A DNA stretch of 64,000 nt from a virus (IMGVR_UViG_3300013102_000005:1-64000), one strand, 5' to 3'. Shown: positions 1 through 9,741, numbered from the stretch's first letter. The notes: a model not told the origin generated them from the letters alone. Program-made: numbers and translations.

Positions 1-537
1 CACGTCGTAGCCGCCGACCTTGCTGGCGGCCTGGTGGCTGACGATGCCCAGGCGGGCCTCGTTCGAACCGATGCCGGTGGGCAGGTAGGTGGCGCCGGGG
101 AAGGCCTCGGCTACAGCGCTCAGCAGGCCCAGCTGGATCTGCTCGGGCATGTAGGAGATCTGGTTGTGATGGCCGGTGGAGCCCACGCCGTCCAGCTTGA
201 CCATACCCTTGCTATCGCCGGCCATGTTGGCGGCCTGATCCAGCGCGGCCTCCATGACGTCAGCGGTCGGCATGGCGCCGTGCTTGTCGTAGTAGAGCTT
301 CATGCCCTTGATGACGCTGTCGAGCACCTGCTCGCCGGACATCTCGCGACCGTCCAGGCGGTCGATGGCATGCTGGATGGAGGGCGGCAGGTGCTCTGCG
401 CTATCCAGGAAAGACTTGATTGCGCCTTCGCCGGAGGCGCTGTCCAAGAGCACGCCGCCCTTGGTTTCTGCATAGAGGCCGTCGAAGATTTCTTCGGTGC
501 GTGCGGCGCCTTCGGTTGCGTAAGTCGCGCGGGTCAT
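1..537 (-). CDS. Major capsid protein, P1 gp23-like (N-terminal part; runs off window start)
   Basis: Not in ORF track. Manual translation from ATG at 537: MTRATYATEGAARTEEIFDGLYAETKGGVLLDSASG...YYDKHGAMPTADVMEAALD...HQAASKVGGYDV, resembling P1 gp23; late promoter element upstream. Confidence 0.75.
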   Translation of the reverse strand, partial: MTRATYATEGAARTEEIFDGLYAETKGGVLLDSASGEGAIKSFLDSAEHLPPSIQHAIDRLDGREMSGEQVLDSVIKGMKLYYDKHGAMPTADVMEAALDQAANMAGDSKGMVKLDGVGSTGHHNQISYMPEQIQLGLLSAVAEAFPGATYLPTGIGSNEARLGIVSHQAASKVGGYDV

Positions 538-585
538 ATAGCCGTTCTCTCGTCTGTGAGGGATACCCAAAATCGGGATGTGGCC

Positions 586-628
586 AATGTAAAAGGGGGC
601 CTAAGACCCCTCTTTCGCGACTTTCCGA
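586..628 (-). promoter_or_regulatory. Late promoter element TCGGAAA-N30-TACATT (capsid)
   Basis: TTTCCGA at 622-628 and aatgta at 586-591 on + strand; one of 12 copies with identical spacing. Confidence 0.8.
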
Positions 629-629
629 T

Positions 630-827
630 TTATCTCTGTACGACGATCAGGCGAGCGTTCGCGCTGGTTTGGGCTAGTAGTTCCTTGGCCTTGAAGGTGC
701 CCACACCCAGGGCCTCGACCACGGTGCTGTGCTCGTCCAGCCAGGCCCGGAATTGCACCGCCTTGGCATCGCTGCCGATGAACACGACTTCACCGGCGAT
801 CGCTACGAAGCATCCAGGTGAGTGGCC
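630..827 (-). pseudogene. Orphan C-terminal fragment of a polyvalent-protein adenine methyltransferase domain
   Basis: Frame reads GHSPGCFVAIAGEVVFIGSDAKAVQFRAWLDEHSTVVEALGVGTFKAKELLAQTSANARLIVVQR*, preceded by in-frame TAA (828-830); resembles the C-terminus of DarB-type/polyvalent MTase domains. Confidence 0.6.
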
Positions 828-1126
828 TTACCCTGCTCGATGGCGTCCGCCAGGTTGTTCAGTGATACCGCAAGCGCGTGGTCGCACTCTGCTCGTGCCA
901 GGCTCTAAATCATTGATCAAGGCCAGATTCGACTACATTTTATGAATATTTTTCGACGTCCTGTATTCGCGATAAATGATCTACACAGAGTTCGTTGGAG
1001 GCAACAATAAAGATGTACGTGCCTAGTCTTTGCATTACGGGCAGGCATTGCCCATAGATCTCACCCAAGGCCGCCAAATGGCTAGCCACTATAGAGATTT
1101 CGGCTAAGCTGACACCACCATGAATC

Positions 1127-3007
1127 GTGGGGGATGAGAACATGAATGACCAGGATCAGAAGAGAAACCAACCCGTGATGGACGTGGCGACCGTTGATGA
1201 CTTTGAACGCATCAATCTTTCGTCAATCCTTGCTATGACGAACACTCTCCACTTTCATACGCTGCAGGACGCATTCAACCGGGCAGCTCAAACTTCCAAA
1301 GAATCGGGAGATAGCGCTGCCGAACGTGGCTACAACGTGTTAGCTGTGATTTGCAGTTACCACTTTAATCCCAATAGAACTGATGCATTTAGCCCTCAAA
1401 TTATGATGGATGGTCGGAGGTCGCTAATACCGAATGACTACATTGGTGAGCAGCAGGACGTATTGATTCAAATCACAGAGCGGATTGATCATCCATTGCT
1501 AAGAGCTCGGATCGCTGATAGCTGCTGGTACACGAATAGAAAGCTTCACAGGATGGCCGAGGTAGCGTCCAGATCTTACCTTGACGCGGTGAATATGTTC
1601 TTTGCTAGAGTTCTTTTCTATCAGTACGAGTCAGATTTCGAGGTGCCGTCAAAGGTAGTTGATCTGGTTGATCGAGCATTTTCAATATACGCTTCAACCG
1701 GAAAAAGAAAATCGATTCCAGATTACGCTAAACAAACATTTTCGAAAGCTTATGAAATTGCGAAGGATAAGCTGAATATAATAGCATTCCATAGGCTTTC
1801 CTCTCTTGGGAATAATTTCGGATTGCTTGAATGGAAAGACATAGCCAAAGACGCTGAGTCAATTGCAATTGCTACTAAAGACAAACAATATGCTGAGGCA
1901 GTAAAAAAAGTTTGGCTACATGCGGCTTATGCGTATTCTAAGATAGGCGACAAAGATGCTTCCAATCAATGCAAGGTAAACGCAGTTGAGCAGACACTTA
2001 GGCTAAGGGATGCCGTCAGCTCATCTATGGCGAAAGCGTCATGGACAAGGGATGCCATTGGTGAACTTAGGTCTATAGGTGGCATGAATGATCGAATCGC
2101 CGAATTAAAATCTGAACTACAGCAATACGAGGAAGACTCGCTATCCGAATTAAGCGAGTTCAGTATACCAATAGATTTAACTGAAGAGCGACGGGCAACG
2201 ATCGAGAACTTCGAGGGCTTGGGGATTCACGAAATGCTCTACCGGTTAGCATTCGCTTCGAGACCACCAGAAAAGATTGCCCTGCATAAAAACTGTCTCC
2301 AGAAGAAAAATAAATATTTCCTATCCTCAATCGCGGGAAAAAGCTATTCCGACGAGCAGGGGAAGATGATTGCTCAATCACCATCAGCTGGTTTTAGAGA
2401 CAAACCTTCTGAAGAGTGGTTCGATCATGAGAGTCTGACAGAGGTTGGATTCCGCTATCATGTTGAAGCCGAGGCTTTCATTAAGCCCGCGTGTATCACT
2501 ATGGTTCAGAATGAGTCTATTGACGAACGACATATAGAGCCGATTGTCTACCACAGCGCGTTCATACCACCAGGACACGAGGCAATTTTCGCACTGGGTT
2601 TCGCTCGAATGATTCAAGGGGACATGGTGTCGGCTGTGCACATGCTCATTCCTCAGTTGGAAAACTCGCTCCGATACGTGCTTACTAATCGGGGACTTAG
2701 AACTGCAAAACTCAATGTTGATTTGACTCAAGAAGACCAGTCACTCAGCCAAATGTACTCAAACCGTAAAGAGGAACTTGAAAAGGCTTTTGGCCAAGAC
2801 ATTACCTACATTTTCCATCTGCTTTTCAACTTAAAGGGCGGGCCTATGCTGAGACACGAAATGGCTCACGGAAAGCTGACTATTGGTGACTGCTACAGCG
2901 CCCCATGTATCTATGCATGCTGGCTAATTTTTCACATCACCTGTCTTCCCCTCGTGAGCTTCTGGAAAACTCACATTGAGCCGGCGATCCAAGAAGTAGT
3001 TCATTGA
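1127..3007 (+). CDS. DUF4209-family protein with C-terminal HEPN-like RNase motif; putative anti-phage defence cargo
   Basis: 626 aa, AT-rich, opposite strand to flanks; LIPQLENSLR and RHEMAH (Rx4H) motifs. Confidence 0.75.
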   Translation: MGDENMNDQDQKRNQPVMDVATVDDFERINLSSILAMTNTLHFHTLQDAFNRAAQTSKESGDSAAERGYNVLAVICSYHFNPNRTDAFSPQIMMDGRRSLIPNDYIGEQQDVLIQITERIDHPLLRARIADSCWYTNRKLHRMAEVASRSYLDAVNMFFARVLFYQYESDFEVPSKVVDLVDRAFSIYASTGKRKSIPDYAKQTFSKAYEIAKDKLNIIAFHRLSSLGNNFGLLEWKDIAKDAESIAIATKDKQYAEAVKKVWLHAAYAYSKIGDKDASNQCKVNAVEQTLRLRDAVSSSMAKASWTRDAIGELRSIGGMNDRIAELKSELQQYEEDSLSELSEFSIPIDLTEERRATIENFEGLGIHEMLYRLAFASRPPEKIALHKNCLQKKNKYFLSSIAGKSYSDEQGKMIAQSPSAGFRDKPSEEWFDHESLTEVGFRYHVEAEAFIKPACITMVQNESIDERHIEPIVYHSAFIPPGHEAIFALGFARMIQGDMVSAVHMLIPQLENSLRYVLTNRGLRTAKLNVDLTQEDQSLSQMYSNRKEELEKAFGQDITYIFHLLFNLKGGPMLRHEMAHGKLTIGDCYSAPCIYACWLIFHITCLPLVSFWKTHIEPAIQEVVH

Positions 3008-3073
3008 AATCACTGAAATCGCTTGTGGATTTGTTGGCTAGCCGGTCGGTCTCTTACTGTGCTGGCACTCCAT

Positions 3074-4885
3074 TTAGGGATCTGCTACAGGCACGGGCTC
3101 GACCACCGGTAGCACGCCCATCGTTGCCAGGTGCCGCTTGCGGATGAAATAGCCGCCTTCCTTGGGGAACGTGTATTCGTCGATGGCCTTAGCTTCGGCA
3201 TAGGTCACGCTGCGCAAGATAATGCCGCGAATGATCTTTCCCTTGCCGTCTTTGCCGCCCTTGGTGTGGTGCTCGACGATCTCGTGTGCGCGTGCGGGGA
3301 TTGCGGCAGGCTCGTCGCGGGATTCTTCTTGTGTGGGTTCAGGCGCGGGAGCCGCCGCTCGCTGCGCTTTGATGCGATCAGACAGGTGCTGATCAGCCCA
3401 AGCGTGGCAGTGGGCGGTAAACCCTTCATGCCAAGCTATAGCCTCGGCTGACTGAGACACGAAAGGCATCCGGCCGGCCTCGCGTTCGTATTCGGCCATG
3501 CGCTGCGGGATCCAGGCCATGTAGCCGATCTGGATCATGGTGCGGTTTTCCGGCGCCAGGTCCTCCAGGGTGTCCAGATAGGCCTGGAGCCGCTGATTGC
3601 CCGACGTCCCGCTGCCGATGGTCGCCTGCCACTGGGCCAGGTCGCGCTCGGCATTGGCTGCCAGGATGGCATCGCGCTCCGCGCGAAGGTCGTCGCGCTC
3701 GGCATCGCTCAGCTTGGTCCAGTCGCCGGTGCGCTTGGCGTAGTCGATGCGCGCCGCCGTGTCTCTGGCCTCATTCTCCGCCTTGCGCTGCCCGATCTCG
3801 GCTTGGTCTTCCTCGTAGGCCGCGACGTCCTCGGCCGCCGCCGGCCGGCCGAACACCTGAGCGAATACCTCGGGGCCATGGCGCAGCACGAAAGCCGCTT
3901 CTAGCCTGCCCAGGCTGGAGGCGATGCCCAGGGTCGTACCCTCGAAGTTGCCGCGCACGCCGATACCGCCGGAGGCGTAGTGCTCCAGCTGGGCGCCGCT
4001 GGCCAGGCGCTCGATCGCTACCGGCACGAAGGCGGCGAACCGCGCATCGCCCTTGGTCAGCCGAACACCGCCCTCGACGATCTGCGGCTTGCCGCCCAGC
4101 TCGCGCACCCGCGCGGCAATGGCTTCGGCGTCGCCCCTGAGCAATATCGCTCCACCCTTGGCATCCTCGGCGGCCGCGAAGGGCTCGCGCTGGGCGACGG
4201 GACGCACGGCGAGGATGGTGATATTCAAATCATCCTCTGCTACGCTGTTCTCAGCGGCATCCAAGGCGAAGCTCTGAATAATTGACAGGGTGGAGTCTAG
4301 GGTGCCGTTCTCGTTTCTGCGCTGCCAAGCCGGCTGGCCCGAATGGGTCAGGTTGTAGAACAGATTGCCCTGGCCATCCTCGGCCACGGTCACCCCCGCC
4401 GTGATGATCTGCCCCTCCAGCTCGATGTCCTTCTGGGCGAAGTAGAACGCCACCACGCCGTCCTCGCGCGGCTTGTAGAGCGGCTCGCGCGGGCCGTAGC
4501 TGCCCTGGACCAGGATCTCGACCAGATGCGGCACCAGTTGCGCCTTGATGGCGTCCCGGTTGAGGTTCATCCGGTACTTGCGCAGCCCCTTGCTGGACAG
4601 ACGAACCGGGCCCACCGGCGTCTGCACGACCTCGCCTTGCAGCTCGCCCTTGTAGTAGGCCATAGCCGCCTTGTAGCCATCGCCCTCGGACTCGGTCAGG
4701 TACTCAGCTAGCGACTTGCCGGCGTGGGGCGGCGCATTGATGCCCAGACGCTCCAGCAGCGCGGCGACGCGCCCGGCGATCTGGACCTTATCCAGCGGGC
4801 TGGCGCCCTCCAGCGCCTTGATCTCGGTTGCCAGCTCACCGGTAAGGCGGATCCGCTCCACCGGGCTCAAGGTGACCTTACTCAT
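3074..4885 (-). CDS. Polyvalent capsid-internal protein with LPD3-like domain (probably C-terminally truncated)
   Basis: N-terminal helical tag shared with 5384..7300; GEVVQTPVGPVRLSSKGLRK...GNLFYNL LPD3-like segment; C-terminal IVEHHTK...YTFPKEGGYFIR module. Confidence 0.6.
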   Translation of the reverse strand: MSKVTLSPVERIRLTGELATEIKALEGASPLDKVQIAGRVAALLERLGINAPPHAGKSLAEYLTESEGDGYKAAMAYYKGELQGEVVQTPVGPVRLSSKGLRKYRMNLNRDAIKAQLVPHLVEILVQGSYGPREPLYKPREDGVVAFYFAQKDIELEGQIITAGVTVAEDGQGNLFYNLTHSGQPAWQRRNENGTLDSTLSIIQSFALDAAENSVAEDDLNITILAVRPVAQREPFAAAEDAKGGAILLRGDAEAIAARVRELGGKPQIVEGGVRLTKGDARFAAFVPVAIERLASGAQLEHYASGGIGVRGNFEGTTLGIASSLGRLEAAFVLRHGPEVFAQVFGRPAAAEDVAAYEEDQAEIGQRKAENEARDTAARIDYAKRTGDWTKLSDAERDDLRAERDAILAANAERDLAQWQATIGSGTSGNQRLQAYLDTLEDLAPENRTMIQIGYMAWIPQRMAEYEREAGRMPFVSQSAEAIAWHEGFTAHCHAWADQHLSDRIKAQRAAAPAPEPTQEESRDEPAAIPARAHEIVEHHTKGGKDGKGKIIRGIILRSVTYAEAKAIDEYTFPKEGGYFIRKRHLATMGVLPVVEPVPVADP

Positions 4886-5387
4886 TGCCCACCTCCGCCA
4901 GGATCTCGGAGGCCAAAGCCACAGCGGCCTCCTCCTCGGCCTCGGTATCGAACGCCACCAGCGGCACCAACTGGATGACGCGCTGCGCCATCTGCACCAG
5001 GGCGCCCTCGGGGGCGTATTCGCGCATCTGCCTGAGCAGGCGGGTCAATTCCTGCTCCGGGCTTTCCACGCCGTCCAGCACCAGGGCCTGGCCATCCTCA
5101 TCGTCGAGATCGTCCAGCAGCATGGCGGCGAGCGCGTCGGGATCCATGGTCACGGTGACGCCGTACTCGCGCGACTGGCAGAAGCCGTAAAGCTCGCCCG
5201 GTTCGAGGGTATCGGCCGACAGCCGTTCGCCGGCGGCGCCGACGACCATCTGGAGATCCATGTAGGCGCGGAAGTAGGCGAGGGCGCTGGCGTCGCCCTG
5301 GTAGGACACAGGCTTGGCTTCGTCCTCGTCCCAGAGTGCCAGGAACTGGCCGTGTGGGGTGGCAACGGTGTATTGGGTAGAGATCAT
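4878..5387 (-). CDS. Hypothetical head-associated protein (dar cluster)
   Basis: Start at ATG 5387 (MISTQYTV) overlapping upstream stop; acidic; LVLDGV motif. Confidence 0.6.
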   Translation of the reverse strand: MISTQYTVATPHGQFLALWDEDEAKPVSYQGDASALAYFRAYMDLQMVVGAAGERLSADTLEPGELYGFCQSREYGVTVTMDPDALAAMLLDDLDDEDGQALVLDGVESPEQELTRLLRQMREYAPEGALVQMAQRVIQLVPLVAFDTEAEEEAAVALASEILAEVGNE

Positions 5388-7300
5388 TGCTGCTGCGCTC
5401 CCAGCACGGACTGCGCCCTTTCCAGCAGGGCCTTGACGGGGTCTTTGTTGAAGCGGGTAGAGATCACGTTCTGCCAGGTCTTGCGCATGGAGCTGCCCTG
5501 GGTGTGGGCGATCACCATGAAGGCCTTCACCAGTTCGAGGTCGCCGTGGATGGCCGAAAAGTCGGGTATGTAGAGGCGGGCGCCGTCTTCGGTCGTGACC
5601 AGGTAGCCCTTGGCGTTGCGCTGCGTGTTTTGGTTGCGGAACACGCCCTGGAAGACGTGCATGTCTTGCCAGCCACCCAGGTAGGTCGGCACCTTGCCGC
5701 GCACGAAGGCGTAGCGGCCAAAGTGGCTGGCATCCTCGGCCCGCTCCGCCTGCAAGCGGTCCCACCAGCCGTCCACCGTCAGAGTCACCTGCTTGGCCAG
5801 GATGGCGACGGTCTCGACATAGAGCTTGCCGTCCTCTTCGCGCCGCTCCTGGAGCATGTCCACGGCGACCGTGTGCAGACCCAGCTTGGCCCGCATCGCT
5901 GGCGTCAGCTCGCTGGCCAGGTAGCCGGAGATCAGCGCGAACATTTCGGGATCCTTTGCGGCGAACAGCGCCGCATCCCTGGGGTTGGCCAGGTACTGGA
6001 CGCCCATGGAGAACACTTCGGTGATGCCGTCGGGGTAGATCTTGCCGATGTAGGGGTTCAGCCAGCTGTCCTTGTAGGCGACCTCGTCCTTGCGGTACTT
6101 CTTGTTGTCGGTGAGCCCGCGCAGGGAGTAGGCCATCCCGTCCTCACGTCGGCGCACGAGGAAGCCGTTGGCGGCCGCCTTTGCGATAGGGTCGTTTTCG
6201 AGGTGGTGCGCCAGCTCGTGGAACAGGACGGTGCGATCAAAGCGCGAACCGACGTTCACGACCTTCTCCCCCAGGCGCGTGGAGACGCCCACGGCGTTGG
6301 CGCGGCTACCGCCGTCCACGGAGATCCGCACCGCCGAAGACTTGCCACCGGTGAGGCGGTAGAAGTCGGCCATGTCCCGCAGCAGCGACTCACGGGTGTA
6401 GCCGCCACGTTCGAGCTTGGCCACCGCCTTGGCGTCCAGGATCTGCGTCGCGGCCCAGGCCTCGGCCTGCTCCTGGGTCACGGGCGATGCTTCGCGCAGC
6501 GCCGTCAGGATGGCTTGCCCTTCGTCTTCGAAAACGGCTTGGCTGCGCTTGAACTTGGCCTCATCGAAGGCGCGAGCAACGGCCAGGGCCTGATCCTTCA
6601 AGGGCTTGCGATCTTTCTGGTATCGCTCCCAGAGAACCGCCTCCTCCTCTTGGAGCTGGCGCAGCTCGGCATCGTCGCCGCCGTCCTTCACCAGCCGGCC
6701 AGCAGCCCGCAACTTCGGGTTGAGGACGTCCACAGCGGCCTGCATGGCATCGTCCAAGGCCTTGAGGGCGACCAGCGCCGCTTGCATCGCGGGATCGTCG
6801 TGCGCCGACTGCTTGAGCAGCTCCTTGGCTTCGGCCTCCTTGCGCAGCACGGTGGCGGCATCGATGCCGGTATCCACGCCCCTTGCCGAGATCTCCTCGT
6901 AGGCGGCCAGGTTGGCGATGTCGCGCTTGGGGCCCCAGACCCCTTCCAGGGCGATGTCGTTGGCGCGAGCGTCCAGGGTCTTGGAGCCGACCGTGCTGGC
7001 CAGCTCCGACACCGTCATGGCCTCGAACGGGACCAGGGCCTCGGGCAGCTGCTCCAGACCATCGTCCAGGTACTGCTCCAGCGCCTGGGTGGAGCCGGCC
7101 ACATCGGTCAGGGAAAACGCGATGGCGCGCATGGCGGTCTTGATGCCGGCGCCCAACTGCTCCAGCAGCTTGGCCACGACACCGGCGATACGCACGCGCT
7201 CTAGGGCAGGGAGTTCGCCCTCCAGGGAGCGAACATTTTCAGCGAGTTCGCCTGATAGGCGCACTCGATCAAGCGGAGAAATGGCGTCCAGAATTTCCAT
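5384..7300 (-). CDS. DdrB-like capsid-internal protein with zincin metallopeptidase domain
   Basis: LFHELAHHLE (HExxH) followed by YIGKIY..TEVFSMG; adjacent to darA; own late promoter element. Confidence 0.65.
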   Translation of the reverse strand: MEILDAISPLDRVRLSGELAENVRSLEGELPALERVRIAGVVAKLLEQLGAGIKTAMRAIAFSLTDVAGSTQALEQYLDDGLEQLPEALVPFEAMTVSELASTVGSKTLDARANDIALEGVWGPKRDIANLAAYEEISARGVDTGIDAATVLRKEAEAKELLKQSAHDDPAMQAALVALKALDDAMQAAVDVLNPKLRAAGRLVKDGGDDAELRQLQEEEAVLWERYQKDRKPLKDQALAVARAFDEAKFKRSQAVFEDEGQAILTALREASPVTQEQAEAWAATQILDAKAVAKLERGGYTRESLLRDMADFYRLTGGKSSAVRISVDGGSRANAVGVSTRLGEKVVNVGSRFDRTVLFHELAHHLENDPIAKAAANGFLVRRREDGMAYSLRGLTDNKKYRKDEVAYKDSWLNPYIGKIYPDGITEVFSMGVQYLANPRDAALFAAKDPEMFALISGYLASELTPAMRAKLGLHTVAVDMLQERREEDGKLYVETVAILAKQVTLTVDGWWDRLQAERAEDASHFGRYAFVRGKVPTYLGGWQDMHVFQGVFRNQNTQRNAKGYLVTTEDGARLYIPDFSAIHGDLELVKAFMVIAHTQGSSMRKTWQNVISTRFNKDPVKALLERAQSVLGAQQQ

Positions 7301-7331
7301 ACACGCGCGGCGCTCATAGTTACGATGCGCG

Positions 7332-7374
7332 ATGATGGAGCCGGCGCGGGACGCGGCCTGGCTGGACTTTCCGA
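7332..7374 (-). promoter_or_regulatory. Late promoter element TCGGAAA-N30-CATCAT
   Basis: TTTCCGA 7368-7374; atgatg 7332-7337. Confidence 0.8.
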
Positions 7375-7378
7375 AGGC

Positions 7379-7402
7379 AAAAAAAGACCCGCCGAAGCGG
7401 GT
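7379..7402 (-). terminator. Intrinsic terminator after darA
   Basis: ACCCGC-TTCG-GCGGGT followed by CTTTTTTT on minus strand. Confidence 0.8.
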
Positions 7403-7538
7403 GCTACAAAGGGTTGCGCATCCGTGCGCCAGTCACCACACAGGAAGCCATGGCCTCTGTGCGATAGGTGAAGCCCTCGCGGAGCGAGGAGATCGAGTCG
7501 AGCATATCAGATGGCCAGCCGGAGCGGCGAACCGCGTA

Positions 7539-9692
7539 TCAGGCAGCGGTTGCCTTGGCTACGACGGCCGCCGAGTAGGCTTCAGCGGCCTGCTCGAACA
7601 GGTTCAGCAGGTCGGCATTGCCGTGGATCTGCTCATAGACCTGGGTCAGCGTCTGGGCCAGGGCCGGATCGGTCATGTCCTCGTTCCCGTCGATCACCGA
7701 TTGCAGCAGCGCGCGGGCGGCCTCCAGTTCGTCTGACACCACCGCTGCTGGGTCAGGCTGCACGGCCACAGTCTCTGGCACCGCAGGCATGGCAGCTACG
7801 GCCTTCGCTACCAGGGGCGGCACGATCTCGGCGAACTGCTCCGGCTGCCACGGCGCGACGTCGAGCTTATCCAACCCCTGGGCATCTACGCGGTAAAGCA
7901 TCAGGAACCGTCCATTGGCGGAGACCCGCAATTCGAAGCCTTGGCCGTCCGCGCGCACCGCCCGGAACTGGTCGGGAGCCGATTCGACAACGGTAAAGTC
8001 CTCGGGAAGTGCGGCGCGCGCCACGTCGTTCAGGAGCAAGGGGGTTGCCTGGCCCTCGGCGGTTGGCTCGGGCACGGCTACCGTTTCCACGCTCGCGTTC
8101 AGCTGGGTAGCCAACTGCTCGGGTGTGAGGGTGAGATCGTCCAGCACCTTGGTGGTGCCGTCGTCCACGAGCCAGGTCACCGCTACGACATTGGCACCCG
8201 CGCCCACGTTGCGGGTCTGGTGGCGCACGCTGTGATAGGAACCATCGACCACCTTCGTCAGCTCGATAGTGCGCAGCGGGCCGCCCCAGCCCAGGTCGCG
8301 CAGGGCATTGCGCACGGCGACGATGCGGCCAGCGAAAAAGCTGTCCAGCGCGTCCTGGTGCGCACGCTGGAGGCGGTCGTCGGCCAGCACCTGGGCATAG
8401 CCTTCCGGGCTCAGCGGATCGAACTGGCCAGGCGTGCGGCCGCTGGTATCGACCGCGCCTTGTTCGTCGCCAGGCTGGACGGCCTGGGTGTTGCGCTTGG
8501 CCTGCACCTGGGTGGTCAGGTCCTCGATCTCCGCTTCCAGGGCCTGGAGCTCCTGCTCTTTGCTGGCCACCTGCTGACGGCTGTCCTCGATCGCCTGCAT
8601 GCGCTGCGCCCGGCCCTCGTTGGCCTTCTGGAATCGCGCGCTGTTCTTCTCGGCCAGACGCATGATTCGCCGCGCCACTTCGCGCGGGTTGAGGTCCAGG
8701 CCCTTCTCGGGCGCCACCAGGATGGTGATGTCCATCTTGTTGAGCATCCACTTCCAGCTAACCAGCTCATCGGTCGGCAGGATCCTGTCGGGGGTGGCGT
8801 CAGGGTTGTGAAACCAGATGGCCACGCTCTGTCCATCGCTCAGCTCATAGACCGCGCAGATGTTGGTGGTGCCGCGCTGCTTGAACGGCTCGGTGACCTG
8901 CAAGGCAACCGGCTTCACCTTGTCGCCGGCGCTGTCCATGATCCGCTGGAGCTGCTCCATCTTGATCTGGAGCTTGGAGCTGATCACCACCATGGCATCG
9001 AGCGCCTCGAAGCCATCGGCGTCCTCCATGATGTCGGCGATGGTGCAGGCGTCCAGCAGCAGGTCGGCATCATCGGCCCGGCGAAGGCCGTAGATCAGGC
9101 CTGCCAGATTGGCCTCGACCGGCATCGCGGCGCTGTCCCAAGAAATGGTGCTCATGTCGTTCTCGCTATCGAAGGGCAGCGCCGCAGCGCTGAAGGGGAT
9201 GGAGTGGTCGCCGTATTTCAGCCACCAGCGAAACTGGCCCAGGGTGGCGCCGATGATCGCGCCCAGGCCCTGCCAGCCACGCTCGTAGCTGCCCAGATAG
9301 GCCTGGCGCGCGGAGTCCTCGTCGGTGAACCCCAGCATCACCTTGTGCTCGTCGAAGCCACCGCTACGGCTGTTCTGGTTCACCACGAACACGCGCGTCG
9401 ATTCCGGCACCGGCCCGACGAATACGTCCACCGGATCGCCGTCGGCCCCGCGCGTACCGGTGATGTCGCCATAGTGGGCCTGCATCACCACCGACCAGGG
9501 CTTGCCATCCTGCTTGCCGATGCGGTGCTGGCCCTTGGGCGTCTCGATGGCGATTGGCAGCCCATGGAGCTGGAGGCGCCCCTTGCGGTAGTTGCCGGCC
9601 TGGAGCTGGGCGGGTGTGGGATGCGCGCTGGAGCCATGGCCCAGTGCCCCGGCATGGGCGCCGCGCTGGATTGCCGAGTAGAGGTCTGTCAT
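7539..9692 (-). CDS. darA: DarA-like defence-against-restriction protein with N-terminal polyvalent inorganic pyrophosphatase domain
   Basis: YGDITGTRGADGDPVDVFVG...FDEHKVMLGF iPPase motifs; ELSDGQSVAIWFHNPD...SWKWMLNKMDITILVAPE DarA_N; QDALDSFFAGRIVAVRNALRDLGW DarA_C-like. Confidence 0.8.
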   Translation of the reverse strand: MTDLYSAIQRGAHAGALGHGSSAHPTPAQLQAGNYRKGRLQLHGLPIAIETPKGQHRIGKQDGKPWSVVMQAHYGDITGTRGADGDPVDVFVGPVPESTRVFVVNQNSRSGGFDEHKVMLGFTDEDSARQAYLGSYERGWQGLGAIIGATLGQFRWWLKYGDHSIPFSAAALPFDSENDMSTISWDSAAMPVEANLAGLIYGLRRADDADLLLDACTIADIMEDADGFEALDAMVVISSKLQIKMEQLQRIMDSAGDKVKPVALQVTEPFKQRGTTNICAVYELSDGQSVAIWFHNPDATPDRILPTDELVSWKWMLNKMDITILVAPEKGLDLNPREVARRIMRLAEKNSARFQKANEGRAQRMQAIEDSRQQVASKEQELQALEAEIEDLTTQVQAKRNTQAVQPGDEQGAVDTSGRTPGQFDPLSPEGYAQVLADDRLQRAHQDALDSFFAGRIVAVRNALRDLGWGGPLRTIELTKVVDGSYHSVRHQTRNVGAGANVVAVTWLVDDGTTKVLDDLTLTPEQLATQLNASVETVAVPEPTAEGQATPLLLNDVARAALPEDFTVVESAPDQFRAVRADGQGFELRVSANGRFLMLYRVDAQGLDKLDVAPWQPEQFAEIVPPLVAKAVAAMPAVPETVAVQPDPAAVVSDELEAARALLQSVIDGNEDMTDPALAQTLTQVYEQIHGNADLLNLFEQAAEAYSAAVVAKATAA

Positions 9693-9698
9693 GCCCTC

Positions 9699-9741
9699 AT
9701 CATGAGGGCGCGACTTACCTCGAATGAGGGGTCATTTCCGA
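9699..9741 (-). promoter_or_regulatory. Late promoter element TCGGAAA-N30-CATGAT
   Basis: TTTCCGA 9735-9741; atcatg 9699-9704. Confidence 0.8.
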
